From NCBI GenBank assembly GCA_048213135.1, contig PS015105.1:1-52496 (forward strand): a DNA stretch of 52,496 bases, in the 5' to 3' direction. Position numbers and translations under genes: made by a program. The notes beneath the pieces were generated by a model. That model was not told where the DNA came from and searched no databases. It worked only from the letters and a program-made list of their open reading frames with translations. Positions within the stretch are counted from its first letter, which is position 1. Each line of letters opens with the position of its first letter. Positions 1 through 11,540 of this stretch are shown here, piece after piece. Origin of the DNA: Reclinomonas americana ATCC 50394. Lineage: Eukaryota.

Positions 1-35
<35 letters not shown>

Positions 36-575
36 GCGGAACGTGATACAAAGTGATGTTGCTGCTTGTGTGTGTGTGTGTGTTTGTGTGTTACTGTCTC
101 TTTTCTTTTCCCTCATGCACAAGATGCACAATGGTAGACATTTAAGAAGTAGGCGACGACTTTGTGTGCGTGTGTGTGAGTGAGAGAGAGAGAGAGAGAG
201 AGCGGAGCGTGATACGAAATGATATTGATGCTTGTGTGCGAGAGTGAGTAAGAATGTGTGTGTGTGAGAGAGAGAGTGTGAGTGAGTGAGTGAGTAAGAA
301 TGTGTGTATGAGTGTGTATGTGTGTTTGCGAGTGTATGTATGAGTGTGTGGGTGAGAGAGAGTGTATGTGTGTTTATTGTTTGTATGTTGTGTGTGTATG
401 CATGAAAGTGAGGCAATGAGAATTGGGAGTGGCGGAATTTGAGTGAGGCTTTAATTATATCCAAGGTCATGAGAACGAGAATGGGTGGTTTGCATCAAAA
501 TAAGCTGTAATGAGGCTTCGGCAGTGTGAATTGAGACGGACGAAATGCCGGGATTCATCTGTTTGTGCTTGCACG

Positions 576-706
<131 letters not shown>

Positions 707-956
707 TAGAGNNNNNNNNNNNNNNNNNNNNAGAGAGAGAGAGAGAATAGTTAAAGAAGGGCAGGAGAGTCGGAAAGCAGCACTGAGATGATGTGCGAGA
801 ATTGATGAGTGTGACTATGCGTGTGTGAGAGTGTTTGTGAGTTTGAGTGAGTGAGAGAGAGAGAGAGAGAGCGTTGCAGACGTTTGTGTTTTGTGAAGCT
901 CGAAGCGGGGCACGCGAGAATATCATGATTGCTCATCTTTTCTTTCGCCACCCCAG

Positions 957-1798
957 GGCATGAACTCCGCGGCTCTCCCACCCGGGGCCTACCCGCCTGG
1001 CCCACCCGGCTCGTGGGTGGCCATGAGTCAATTCGCTCCACATCCGCACGCCACGCCACCAGTGATGCGCGGTATGCCGGGTGCTATGGTCGGCAACGGG
1101 CACCGGGGAGGTGCTGGCGGTCGGCATCGTTGCGTGCATATTGTTGGGGAAGCGTGTTTGGTGATCTGCGACTGACTGCTCTTCGTCTGTCTGTCGATGC
1201 AGGCGGCGGTGGCGGTGGTGGTGGCGGCGGTCACCACCAGCATCACCATCAGCATCACGGACATCCGCACCAACATTCGCGCGGACCGATGCCGATGCAT
1301 GCCGATAATGGTGCATACTATCAGGGAGGCCCCGATGGTGCAATGATGGTGCGCGTGAGTATTTGGGAGAAGGAGGGTCAGGGGGAATCGATGCGAGCAT
1401 GAGATCTGAGATCGGAGTGGCATACACGGAATTGCATTCACGGTAGACAGAGCACAGACTCCTGCGACATACAGCAAGTTTTGTGAGTGCGCGAGTGAGA
1501 GACGGAGGGTGTGCATGATATCAAAATGTGCGAGTGATTCTTAGAGCGGGCATTGTTTCCCTGTCTCCAGTGCCACTCACATGCTGATGTGCAGAACCCA
1601 CCACCCGGCCTTCCCGCGCCACAACTGCCTTCCGCTGCCATCGGGTCCGCTCAGCCGCCACCACAACCCTCACAACCACCACCACCGCCACCACCACCGG
1701 CATCGTCAGTACCGGCGGCGGCAGGGGCAGGGGCACCACCCGCACCACCGGCCGCGGCCAACACTGCCTCCACCGACACCACCGCTGGAGGCCCCTGA
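957..1798 (+). CDS. 3' exons of a Pro/Gly/His-rich low-complexity protein (5' part not visible)
   Basis: Exons join in frame at GT..AG: cag|GMNSAALPPGAYPPGPP..GAG|gtcggc..cag|GGGG..HHQHHHQH..AMM|gtgcgc..cag|NPPPGLPAPQ..GGP-TGA (1798). No recognisable domain. Confidence 0.6.
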
Positions 1799-2389
1799 GC
1801 CCTCCAAGAAAAGTACCGCAGTCTGTATATAGCTACATGCACAAAGAAACACACGCGCACTCACTTGTCTAGCCTATCCATTCGACAGTGAGCGCGTGTA
1901 AAACGACAGCCACAAAGTGTATAATTCAAGGACAGTTACAGAGGCGATCAGTGGGTGGGTGCAATTGGAGGGAGGCCTTCTTTCTCAGTCACTGCATCGG
2001 ATGCAGAGATCATCGTCGGGTGGGTGCAGGCCTTCTTGTAGCATTGCAGCAGAAGTTGAAGAGAAGATTAGAGTGAGGCAGTTGTCTTGTTCCATCTCTC
2101 GCAGCGACCACTTGAGAAGCATCGTTCGACTGCTCCTTGCTGCGCTGATGGCACCGGAACTGACATCGAAAAGCTGCCTCTCTGCGCATGCAAGAGAAGG
2201 GACTGCAGGAAGCTAACTCAACGTCGAGGAAGGTTTCGCAGGTGCAATCGACACTCTTTTCTCCGAGTTTCAAGCCTTGGCTAGTACACAACACAGGCTA
2301 CTTGACACTGGAGACAGTTAAAGACTGAGAAAGCGACTGAAGTCCGCACAAGAGTCATTGTTGTCCTCCACTCACTTCATATCGCAATC

Positions 2390-2660
2390 ATGCGTCGCGC
2401 AGTCGTTCATGTCGCTCACGAATCAGTGGTGCGTGATGTGACCAAGGTGGCGGCGAGTGCGCCCGGCCTCTTCGTGCTCTTTTGTGGCGACAAGGTCAAT
2501 GTCGGAGGTCAAGGTGTGTCAAAGAAGAGTGATTTATTGCTTGTCTCTCTTGTCTCTCATGTGTGAGTGGCGGTGGTGCAGAGCGCAGCTGGTGCCCCGA
2601 TTGTGTGAGAGCGGAGCCGCTGATTGAGGAGGCCTTTAGCTCGTTGAGTGGAATGAGGGA

Positions 2661-2696
<36 letters not shown>

Positions 2697-3527
2697 GCCA
2701 GCACAGGAGCATTGTTGAAGAGAACGAGTGACACAGAGACNNNNNNNNNNNNNNNNNNNNNNNNNNNNNNNNNNNNNNNNNNNNNNNNNNNNNNNNNNNN
2801 NNNNNNNNNNNNNNNNNNNNNNNNNNNNNNNNNNNNNNNNNNNNNNNNNNNNNNNNNNNNNNNNNNNNNNNNNNNNNNNNNNNNNNNNNNNNNNNNNNNN
2901 NNNNNNNNNNNNNNNNNNNNNNNNNNNNNNNNNNNNNNNNNNNNNNNNNNNNNNNNNNNNNNNNNNNNNNNNNNNNNNNNNNNNNNNNNNNNNNNNNNNN
3001 NNNNNNNNNNNNNNNNNNNNNNNNNNNNNNNNNNNNNNNNNNNNNNNNNNNNNNNNNNNNNNNNNNNNNNNNNNNNNNNNNNNNNNNNNNNNNNNNNNNN
3101 NNNNNNNNNNNNNNNNNNNNNNNNNNNNNNNNNNNNNNNNNNNNNNNNNNNNNNNNNNNNNNNNNNNNNNNNNNNNNNNNNNNNNNNNNNNNNNNNNNNN
3201 NNNNCACCTCTCCAATGTCGACGGCATCGAGTCGGGCGACGTTCCGTTCCTAGTGTGCGATCTGCCGCGTGAGCCGTACAAGCAGGCGGACTTCCACTTG
3301 CGCCGAGACCCGCTGATCAAGCTGACGTGCGTGCCCACGCTGGCGTTTGTCACTGGAGGCGCGAGAGTTGTGTCTGCCTGTTGAAGATGTATGTGTGTGT
3401 GCGCGTTGTGCTTACCTCTTTTTTGTGTGTGTGCGTGGGGCAGCCTCGTGTTCTGTTCAAGCTGGAGGAGCCGTCGTCGGCGGATGATTTCGTGCCGGTG
3501 CTCACTGCGCTGGAGGATTTCCAGTGA
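2390..3527 (+). CDS. TXNDC17: Thioredoxin-related protein 14 (TXNDC17/DUF953 family), multi-exon, spans a gap
   Basis: Spliced MRRAVVHV..LFVLFCGDK..GQ/ERSWCPDCVRAEPLIEEAF; after the gap PFLVCDLPREPYKQADFHLRRDPLIKLTCVPTL; last exon 3444-3527. WCPDC active site plus VPTL is diagnostic of TRP14. Confidence 0.88.
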
Positions 3528-4075
3528 GCTTCTCTGACTCCTTGCAATCCGCGTGCGTGCATGGTTTTTTTCTGCTCGTGCAGTACACATGGTTATTGTG
3601 CAAGGCCAGAGGTGGGGGAAAGGGCTCTGCAACGTGCTCACAGGTGCTTTGGTGACCTTCGTGCAGTCGACGAGACCTGTTATCAAGCAATCCACGCTCC
3701 TACCGATACAGTGGTGTTGTGGTGAGGGGAACGCGGTGTGGCTGCAGCGTGTGGGAGTGGTCAGTAATGCTTGTGGCTGTGTGTGCCTCTTGCTTGCTCG
3801 GCTTCGGTCCGGATTTCGCTTGTCTGTCCCTTCCACGCGTAGCGTGTCGTTCGTGTGTGTGAGCAATATGCGTTGCGGAAGCCAATGGACAGAGGACACA
3901 ATGAGAGCCATGTCCTCCATTCACAAGCAGTCACATCACAGACCTCGGCAACACCTCTCTCGAGATCGAGCAGAAACCGCCGTCGATCAACAACCTCCAC
4001 CGCTCATCCCGTCCGGGTGAAGTTCAGTGGGATGCAGTTTTTATTTGCCTCCCTTCTCTTCCCCCTCCGTCACTA

Positions 4076-5327
4076 CTACAGATACGCCACGTGGTGTAGT
4101 AGCGCCTCGCTGTGCGTCTTCTCAAACTTGCTAATGGCATCCTCAATGTCCGCATCGAGGTCTTCGCATCCTCGCAACTGTGCGACGCAAGTCAGCGAAC
4201 AGAAAGAGAGAAGCGTGCGAGAGAAAGGGAGAGAGACAAGAGAAGAAACAGTGCGCTCATTCACCCGCCTCAGCGACAGCANNNNNNNNNNNNNNNNNNN
4301 NNNNNNNNNNNNNNNNNNNNNNNNNNNNNNNNNNNNNNNNNNNNNNNNNNNNNNNNNNNNNNNNNNNNNNNNNNNNNNNNNNNNNNNNNNNNNNNNNNNN
4401 NNNNNNNNNNNNNNNNNNNNNNNNNNNNNNNNNNNNNNNNNNNNNNNNNNNNNNNNNNNNNNNNNNNNNNNNNNNNNNNNNNNNNNNNNNNNNNNNNNNN
4501 NNNNNNNNNNNNNNNNNNNNNNNNNNNNNNNNNNNNNNNNNNNNNNNNNNNNNNNNNNNNNNNNNNNNNNNNNNNNNNNNNNGAGAGAAGGGTAGGCTGC
4601 ATGGGAGGACAAGGAGAAGGAGTAAAGTCTGGACTGGAGGTGAAGAAAGAGTGAACATCAGGGCTCCGCGATGGCGACCACGTAAGAAGCGCAACAGTCT
4701 TGGATCCTTGTCTGACAGATCCTGATACATGAACTCGTACGGTGTGCCAAAGTCGTACACGTTGGGCGTGTCTATTGAGGGACCAGGGAGCTTCACGCGA
4801 TCGCCGGTGCCTGCGAGAGAGCGAAAAAGGGCAACGAATGCAATCAGTGAGAGGGTGTGAAGGCACAAAGGGAGAGGAGGAGGAGAGAGATGGGCAAAGG
4901 ACATGGGGCGAAGGCAGAGAAGAGAGAAAGGAGGTGAGATGCAACGAGCGAAGGCGGAGTGACTGGCAGAGAGAGAGATTGACAAGAGCAACAGAGCAAG
5001 TGAAGACACAAAGGGAGAGGAGCAGTGAGAAGGGCAACGGACTTGTGTGGCTGGAGAGAGGGAATGGAGAGAGAAGGGAAAAGGATGCATTGAGAGAAGG
5101 CAGAGTGAGAGAAAGGAGGAGAAAGAAGGGTAAAGGATGCATTGAGAGAAGGCAGAGTGAGAGGGAGAGAGAGATCGGCAGGGACAAGAAGAACAGCGAG
5201 AGCAGTGGCAGAGAAGAGGACGGAGAAGAGCGAAGAATGCACAGACTGAGCGAGTGAGTGAAGACAGCGAGGGACAGGCAGTGGCAATGAGAGGCAGAGA
5301 CAAGAGCAAGGGAGCATAGACAGTGAC

Positions 5328-5384
<57 letters not shown>

Positions 5385-5956
5385 GAACGACGTACGTACG
5401 TACGTACGTACGTACGTACGTACGTACCGTACCGTACCGTACCGTACCGTACCGTACCGTACCGTACCGTACCGTACCGTACCGTANNNNNNNNNNNNNN
5501 NNNNNNNNNNNNNNNNNNNNNNNNNNNNNNNNNNNNNNNNNNNNNNNNNNNNNNNNNNNNNNNNNNNNNNNNNNNNNNNNNNNNNNNNNNNNNNNNNNNN
5601 NNNNNNNNNNNNNNNNNNNNNNNNNNNNNNNNNNNNNNNNNNNNNNNNNNNNNNNNNNNNNNNNNNNNNNNNNNNNNNNNNNNNNNNNNNNNNNNNNNNN
5701 NNNNNNNNNNNNNNNNNNNNNNNNNNNNNNNNNNNNNNNNNNNNNNNNNNNNNNNNNNNNNNNNNNNNNNNNNNNNNNNNNNNNNNNNNNNNNNNNNNNN
5801 NNNNNNNNNNNNNNNNNNNNNNNNNNNNNNNNNNNNNNNNNNNNNNNNNNNNNNNNNNNNNNNNNGACGACGACGTACGTACGTACGTACGTACGTACGT
5901 ACTACTCTACTACTCTCTCCTTACCTTCCCTCCCTCCCTCCTCTCTCTCTCTCTCA

Positions 5957-5995
<39 letters not shown>

Positions 5996-6142
5996 GCTCT
6001 CTCTCAGTCTCTCCCTCTCTCTCTCTCACTCACCAAACGAGCTCACTCTAAACCCCCGCTCATGCAACGCCAAGTGCGCAGCCATTGAGCGGTTCTGGTT
6101 GGAGGAGCACACAACAGCCACATGAAACTGTTGACCTTGCAT
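4076..6142 (-). CDS. SSU72: RNA polymerase II CTD phosphatase Ssu72, multi-exon, middle exon(s) in gap
   Basis: Exon 1 from ATG 6142: [31 protein letters not shown] (CX5R catalytic motif). Exon 2: [31 protein letters not shown]. Last exon: [31 protein letters not shown]. Confidence 0.95.
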
Positions 6143-6363
6143 GCTCTCAACACAAACAAACAAAAGAAAAACGTGATAGACAACTCAACAGGACACGCGC
6201 GGTGAGCGATTGCTGATGCTTGGCGCAGCAAAGGTGGAAAGGGAAGTGAAGTAGTGTTAGTAATGCGTCTGTGGAGTGACAGGAGAGAGCGCGAGGCTGT
6301 GTTCTTCAGTAATGACGACGTCGACGTCGACGTTTGTTAATTGCAGCGTAAAACGTCGTGGAA

Positions 6364-6697
6364 GCTGGCGCGCGTGATGCAGAGGTGTGTGCAGTATGAT
6401 CTCTTGCTCGTGGACAGCGTGGCGATGTGCAACACAACGCAGAACGCGCATAGAAACCAAGCAATTCCGTTTTTCACATCGCACTGGAGAACGCCGCAAG
6501 CGCAACACGCAGCGCCCATCTTACAGCTGGCGCGTGTGATGCAGTGGTGTGTGCAGTATACACTCTTGCTCGTGGCCAGCGTGGCGATGTGCGACACAAC
6601 GCAGAACGCGCATAGGAACAAACGTCGACAACAATAAAACAAGAAATTCCGTTTTTTTCACAGCGCACTAGAGAACCGCACGCGCAACACGCAGCGC
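6364..6697. repeat. Imperfect tandem duplication (~160 bp unit) in the SSU72 / PH-GTPase divergent intergenic region
   Basis: gctggcgcg(c/t)gtgatgcag..cacaacgcagaacgcgcata..gcaacacgcagcgc occurs at ~6364-6515 and ~6526-6697. Confidence 0.85.
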
Positions 6698-6803
6698 ACA
6701 AAAATACAGCACTCGCCACGACAGGATGCACGCACTTCGGCATTGTCCCCGCGTCCCACAACGACTCTCTCGCAAAAAAACTCACACACACAATCACAAG
6801 CGA

Positions 6804-7205
6804 ATGGCTTCCTCGGCCTCTGGCGACAGAGTTACGCGCAATGCACACTCACATATCACGCAGCAGACAAAAGAAAAGCGCAAGAAAAAGCGCGTGAGAT
6901 GTCGCGAGATGTCGCACTCACTCTTTTTGCTCTCCTTGTGCACAGCCTGTTCATGTCTTTGACATGCAAGGATGGGTGACCAAGGAGGGTGGATCAGTGA
7001 AGAACTGGAAGAAACGGTGGTTTGTGCTGGATGCGGATAAACTGTGGTACTTCAAGAGTCCCGATGTTGCGTAAGAAAGAGAGAGAGAAGAAGAAGTAGG
7101 GGAAGTGAGTGTGAGAGAGTGAGAGTGTGTGAGAGATTGAGAGGAGATCATGTGTGTGAGAGTGAGCAAGAGAGTGAGAGAGAGGAAGAAGAAGCAGAAG
7201 CACAC

Positions 7206-7236
<31 letters not shown>

Positions 7237-9248
7237 GAGGGAGAGAGAGTGTGTGTGTGTGAGTGAGTGAGTGAGAGAGAGAGAGAGAGACACTCACACA
7301 CACACACACACTCTCTCTCACACACACAAGAGACAGAGTGTGTGTGTGTGTGAGTGAGTGAGAGAGAAGAAGGAGAGTCTGATGTGCTTTCTCTCTCACA
7401 CTCTCACACCCTTTCCCTGAACCCCCTTCTATAGGACGTTCACGGCGAGGCATACCCACGATCAAGAGGATGCATTCCGCTTGCCGACTGCTCCGTGGGC
7501 GAGGAGACGTACAAGAAGAAGAAGAACGCGTTCTACTTAGACACCAAGGAGCGCAAGTATCATTTCAGCTGTGAGACACCCGAGGATCGCGATGCGTGGA
7601 TGGAGGCGTTCCGGAAGGCGTCGGAGATTGCGGTTGAGTTGCCACTCTCCTCCTCATCGCTCTTCTTGTGCTCATTTGTTGTGCAGCCACAAGAGAATTT
7701 GGTCGATGCCAAGGTGGTGATTGTGGGTCCGAGTTTTGCTGGCAAGTCGTCGTTGCTTCGACGGTGCGTGGAAGGGAAAGGGAGGGAGAAGAGAGGGAGA
7801 GGAGGAGGAGGAGGAGAATGTGGGGAAAGAGGAGAGAGGGCTGATGTTTCATCGAACGGCGGAGTCTCTGTGTGTGGTCTCTCCGTTTCTTCCTCCTTCC
7901 GGCTTCTCCTTTGTGTTCGTTGTCTTCTTCTCTTTCTTCCTCGTGTCGCCCACTGCTGCTTGCTGTGTTGATCGTGTTTTCTTGTTTGGCTCAGCTGCTT
8001 GTTTGAGACCTGCCCTTCCGGCTTCTCCTCTGTGTACTTCTCTTTCTTCCTCGTCTCTCCCACTGCTCCTGATCGTCTAGTTTGGCTCTGCTGCTTGTTT
8101 GAGACCTGCCCTACCCTTTCTTGTTTCTTCCTCCTTCCGGCTTCTCCTCTGTGTTTCGATGTCTTCTTCCCGTTCTACCTCGTCTCGCCCACTGCTCCTT
8201 GTTCTGTGTTGAATTGATCGTGTTTTCTTGTTGGGCTCAGCTGCTTGTTAAAGACCTGCCCTACCCTTTCTTGTTTCTTCCTCCTTCCGGCTTCTCCTCT
8301 GTGTTTCGTTGTCTTCGTCTCTTTCTTCCTTGTCTCGCCCACTGCTCCTTGCTGTGTTTTGAATTGATCGTGTTTTTTTGTTGGGCGCTGCTGCTTGTTT
8401 AAGATCCGCTCTATCCTTTCTTGTTTCTTCCTCCTTCCGACTTCTCCTCTGTGTTTCGTTGTCTTCTTCTCTTTCATCGCCTCGCTCACTGCTCCTTGCT
8501 CCGTGTTGAATTGATCGTGTTTTCTTGTTGGGCTCTGCTGCTTGTTTAAGACCTGCCCTGTCCTTTCTTGTTCCTCCTTTCTTCCGGCTTCTCCTGAGTG
8601 TTTCGTTGTCTCCTATTCTCCTTCATCGCCTCGCCCACTGCCTGTGTGTCTGGTTGCATCTCATGTTCTGCATACCAGTCTCTTGGTTCCACCTCCGTTT
8701 CGTCTTCCTTGTCCCCTTTTCTTCTTGCAACTCACCAAGTTCTTTGGTTGTCATGACTGCATCATCTTTCATTCCTGCCTCTTCGTCCTGTTTGTGCGGA
8801 TCATCTCTTTCTTTTATCTCTCGCCTGCATGTTTCTCTGATTCTCTCTTTGCTATCGTCCTTTGCTTCTCCCTTCCCCTTCGCCTCCCTCCCCTCTCGCC
8901 TCATTCCTGTATCGCGCAGATGGACAACGGGCGACTACACCGAGTTGTACACGGAGAGCACAGAACCATCATCGTCACATCAGCTGTTCCCGCTGGAGGG
9001 CGGTCTGCACTGCATGATGGACATTTGGGTGAGGCCTGTGTAGCTGCCCTTCACTTGCCTCGCCCATCGCTCACCCTTCTGCTATCTCTCTCCAGGACGT
9101 TCCCGGCTCGCAGCCACCGGGTCCACTGCCACCAAACATCGCCAGTGGATCGCACGCCGTCGTGCTGCTGTTTGACCTCACCAATTTTGCATCGTTTGGC
9201 AAGGCCAAGAAGTGGCTGCGCGCACTGCGTTCGCAGTTCCGCGAGACG
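6804..9248 (+). CDS. PH domain fused to a C-terminal Rab/Ras-like small GTPase domain (3' end not resolved, probably in gap 9880-10813)
   Basis: Exons from 6804, 6946, 7435, 7687, ~8919 and ~9096 splice to PH (MQGWVTKEGGSVKNWKKRWFVL..LWYFK..GCIPL..CETPEDRDAWMEAF), then KVVIVGPSFAGKSSLLRR (G1), MDIWDVPG (G3) and HAVVLLFDLTNFASFGKAKKWL. Confidence 0.8.
7880..8640. repeat. Intronic degenerate minisatellite (~120-150 bp unit, ~6 copies)
   Basis: Core ttccg(g/a)cttctcct recurs near 7897, 8016, 8135, 8285, 8435 and 8582, with shared ctgcttgttt.agacctgccc and gcccactgctcc blocks. Confidence 0.85.
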
Positions 9249-11540
9249 GTGAGTGGGAGAAAGGGGAAGTGGATGAGTTGAAGGAGTCGTATTTGGTTTC
9301 TCGGATGGTGTCTAGGATGTTTCGTGGCGGCTTGCCACCAGGTGTTCCACTCTCTCTGTCTTTTGTGTGCGTGAGAGAGAGGCGGAGAGGGAGATGCAAA
9401 GGTAGCGATAGGCAGGCGAAAGTCGGTGTGATGGGAGACAGTCAGAGGGAGAAACGACACTGACAAGCAGACGCAGAGCAAAGTTGAATTGTGACGAGTT
9501 GCGGGAGACTGAGTACCTACGCTTCGCACGGACTCTCGCTGCGCGCTTCTTTCTGTCTCTGTCCTCTTTTCTTTTTCTCTCGCTGTCGATCACTCTCTGT
9601 CTCTCTCTCTCTCTCTCTTGCTTGCTCTTCCTCTCCTTCTCAGTGCCTCATTGTCTGTGTGACTCCTGTCTCGTGCCATTCTTTGTCACTCGCTCACGCG
9701 GACACACACTCTCGCTCTCTAACTCTCTCTGCCACTCAGTCTCTGATTTTCGCTTACTGTCGCACTGCTGCTCACCCTCACTGCCTCTCTGTCTGCGTCT
9801 CTGGGCTTGTGACTCCTCTCTGCCTTTCTCTCTGCCATTCTCTCTCTCTCTCTGTCTCTCTCTCTCTTACTCTCTCTCTNNNNNNNNNNNNNNNNNNNNN
9901 NNNNNNNNNNNNNNNNNNNNNNNNNNNNNNNNNNNNNNNNNNNNNNNNNNNNNNNNNNNNNNNNNNNNNNNNNNNNNNNNNNNNNNNNNNNNNNNNNNNN
10001 NNNNNNNNNNNNNNNNNNNNNNNNNNNNNNNNNNNNNNNNNNNNNNNNNNNNNNNNNNNNNNNNNNNNNNNNNNNNNNNNNNNNNNNNNNNNNNNNNNNN
10101 NNNNNNNNNNNNNNNNNNNNNNNNNNNNNNNNNNNNNNNNNNNNNNNNNNNNNNNNNNNNNNNNNNNNNNNNNNNNNNNNNNNNNNNNNNNNNNNNNNNN
10201 NNNNNNNNNNNNNNNNNNNNNNNNNNNNNNNNNNNNNNNNNNNNNNNNNNNNNNNNNNNNNNNNNNNNNNNNNNNNNNNNNNNNNNNNNNNNNNNNNNNN
10301 NNNNNNNNNNNNNNNNNNNNNNNNNNNNNNNNNNNNNNNNNNNNNNNNNNNNNNNNNNNNNNNNNNNNNNNNNNNNNNNNNNNNNNNNNNNNNNNNNNNN
10401 NNNNNNNNNNNNNNNNNNNNNNNNNNNNNNNNNNNNNNNNNNNNNNNNNNNNNNNNNNNNNNNNNNNNNNNNNNNNNNNNNNNNNNNNNNNNNNNNNNNN
10501 NNNNNNNNNNNNNNNNNNNNNNNNNNNNNNNNNNNNNNNNNNNNNNNNNNNNNNNNNNNNNNNNNNNNNNNNNNNNNNNNNNNNNNNNNNNNNNNNNNNN
10601 NNNNNNNNNNNNNNNNNNNNNNNNNNNNNNNNNNNNNNNNNNNNNNNNNNNNNNNNNNNNNNNNNNNNNNNNNNNNNNNNNNNNNNNNNNNNNNNNNNNN
10701 NNNNNNNNNNNNNNNNNNNNNNNNNNNNNNNNNNNNNNNNNNNNNNNNNNNNNNNNNNNNNNNNNNNNNNNNNNNNNNNNNNNNNNNNNNNNNNNNNNNN
10801 NNNNNNNNNNNNNNGATTCTCGCTGTCTATAAAGAGGATGGCAACACTGCACTCGCAGAAGAAGGAATCGTTGCTTTGTTTTCTTCCGCTGCTTGCACTC
10901 TGCTCTCACTCTTCCACCTCGGCCACACTCCCGTGATAATTCTTTATAAAATCAAGGTGAAAATTTCGCCAAATTTCGAGCATCCGGCTTGTCCAGGAAC
11001 GACAACTTCGTCTCAAAGGCAGTGCTCCTCCTTCTTCGGGGCCACATCATCCGACCGCTTTCCGCACCCTTCCGCCAATTTCCCACACATTCCTTTGTTC
11101 CACCGCCTTTCCCGGTCACTCCTCCTTCCTTCTCTCGTTTCCTACATTCCTCCTCGTTCATCCACACTCCTCCTCCTCTCACCTTGCACTCCTGTCCCCC
11201 ATACCCCCACCTTCTCTCGCTTCCCTCATTCCTCTTCCTTCAACCACTCCTCCTCTTCTCGTCTGTCACTTCTGTCCCCCATATTCCCTCCTTCTAGCTT
11301 CCCTTTCCCCATCCTTCCCCCCATACCCCTCCTCCTCTCCCCAACCTTCCCCAAACCCCTTTCCCCATCCTCTCCTTCCCCCCGCTGCCACTATTTCGAG
11401 TCCAACTTTACTGCCAATTCCCCCCCACCATGAAATCAAAAGAACCTCGCGCGCGTCTCGACTTTTTTCCCCGTTCCCCCGCTCCAGCTATTACCACGCA
11501 CGACAATTATTTGACCATGCTGCGGTGCGCAATGGGAGTG

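Noticed and set aside
1860-2340. Complex-sequence intergenic stretch with short ORFs on both strands (similarly 9290-9560 and 25090-25590)
   Set aside because: No recognisable motif, start or consistent exon chain could be built.
3941-3964. Minus-strand ctcgagagaggtgttgccgag|gtc resembling the TRAF-TLDc exon end LERGVAE|gt
   Set aside because: Only ~21-24 nt of similarity, with an upstream in-frame stop and no flanking homology; could be chance.
5385-5905. (CGTA)n and (CCGTA)n runs that look like telomere-like or satellite repeats; similar tac/cgt-rich junk at 15361-15464 and 48274-48524
   Set aside because: Always next to a microsatellite and abutting N gaps; the pattern matches pyrosequencing flow-order (TACG) artefacts at read ends.
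7633-7686. Several short stop-free introns with length divisible by 3 (7633-7686, 12553-12615, 13968-14024, 41100-41162)
   Set aside because: The number seen is roughly what chance gives for short GC-rich introns, so no claim about intron retention or NMD can be made.
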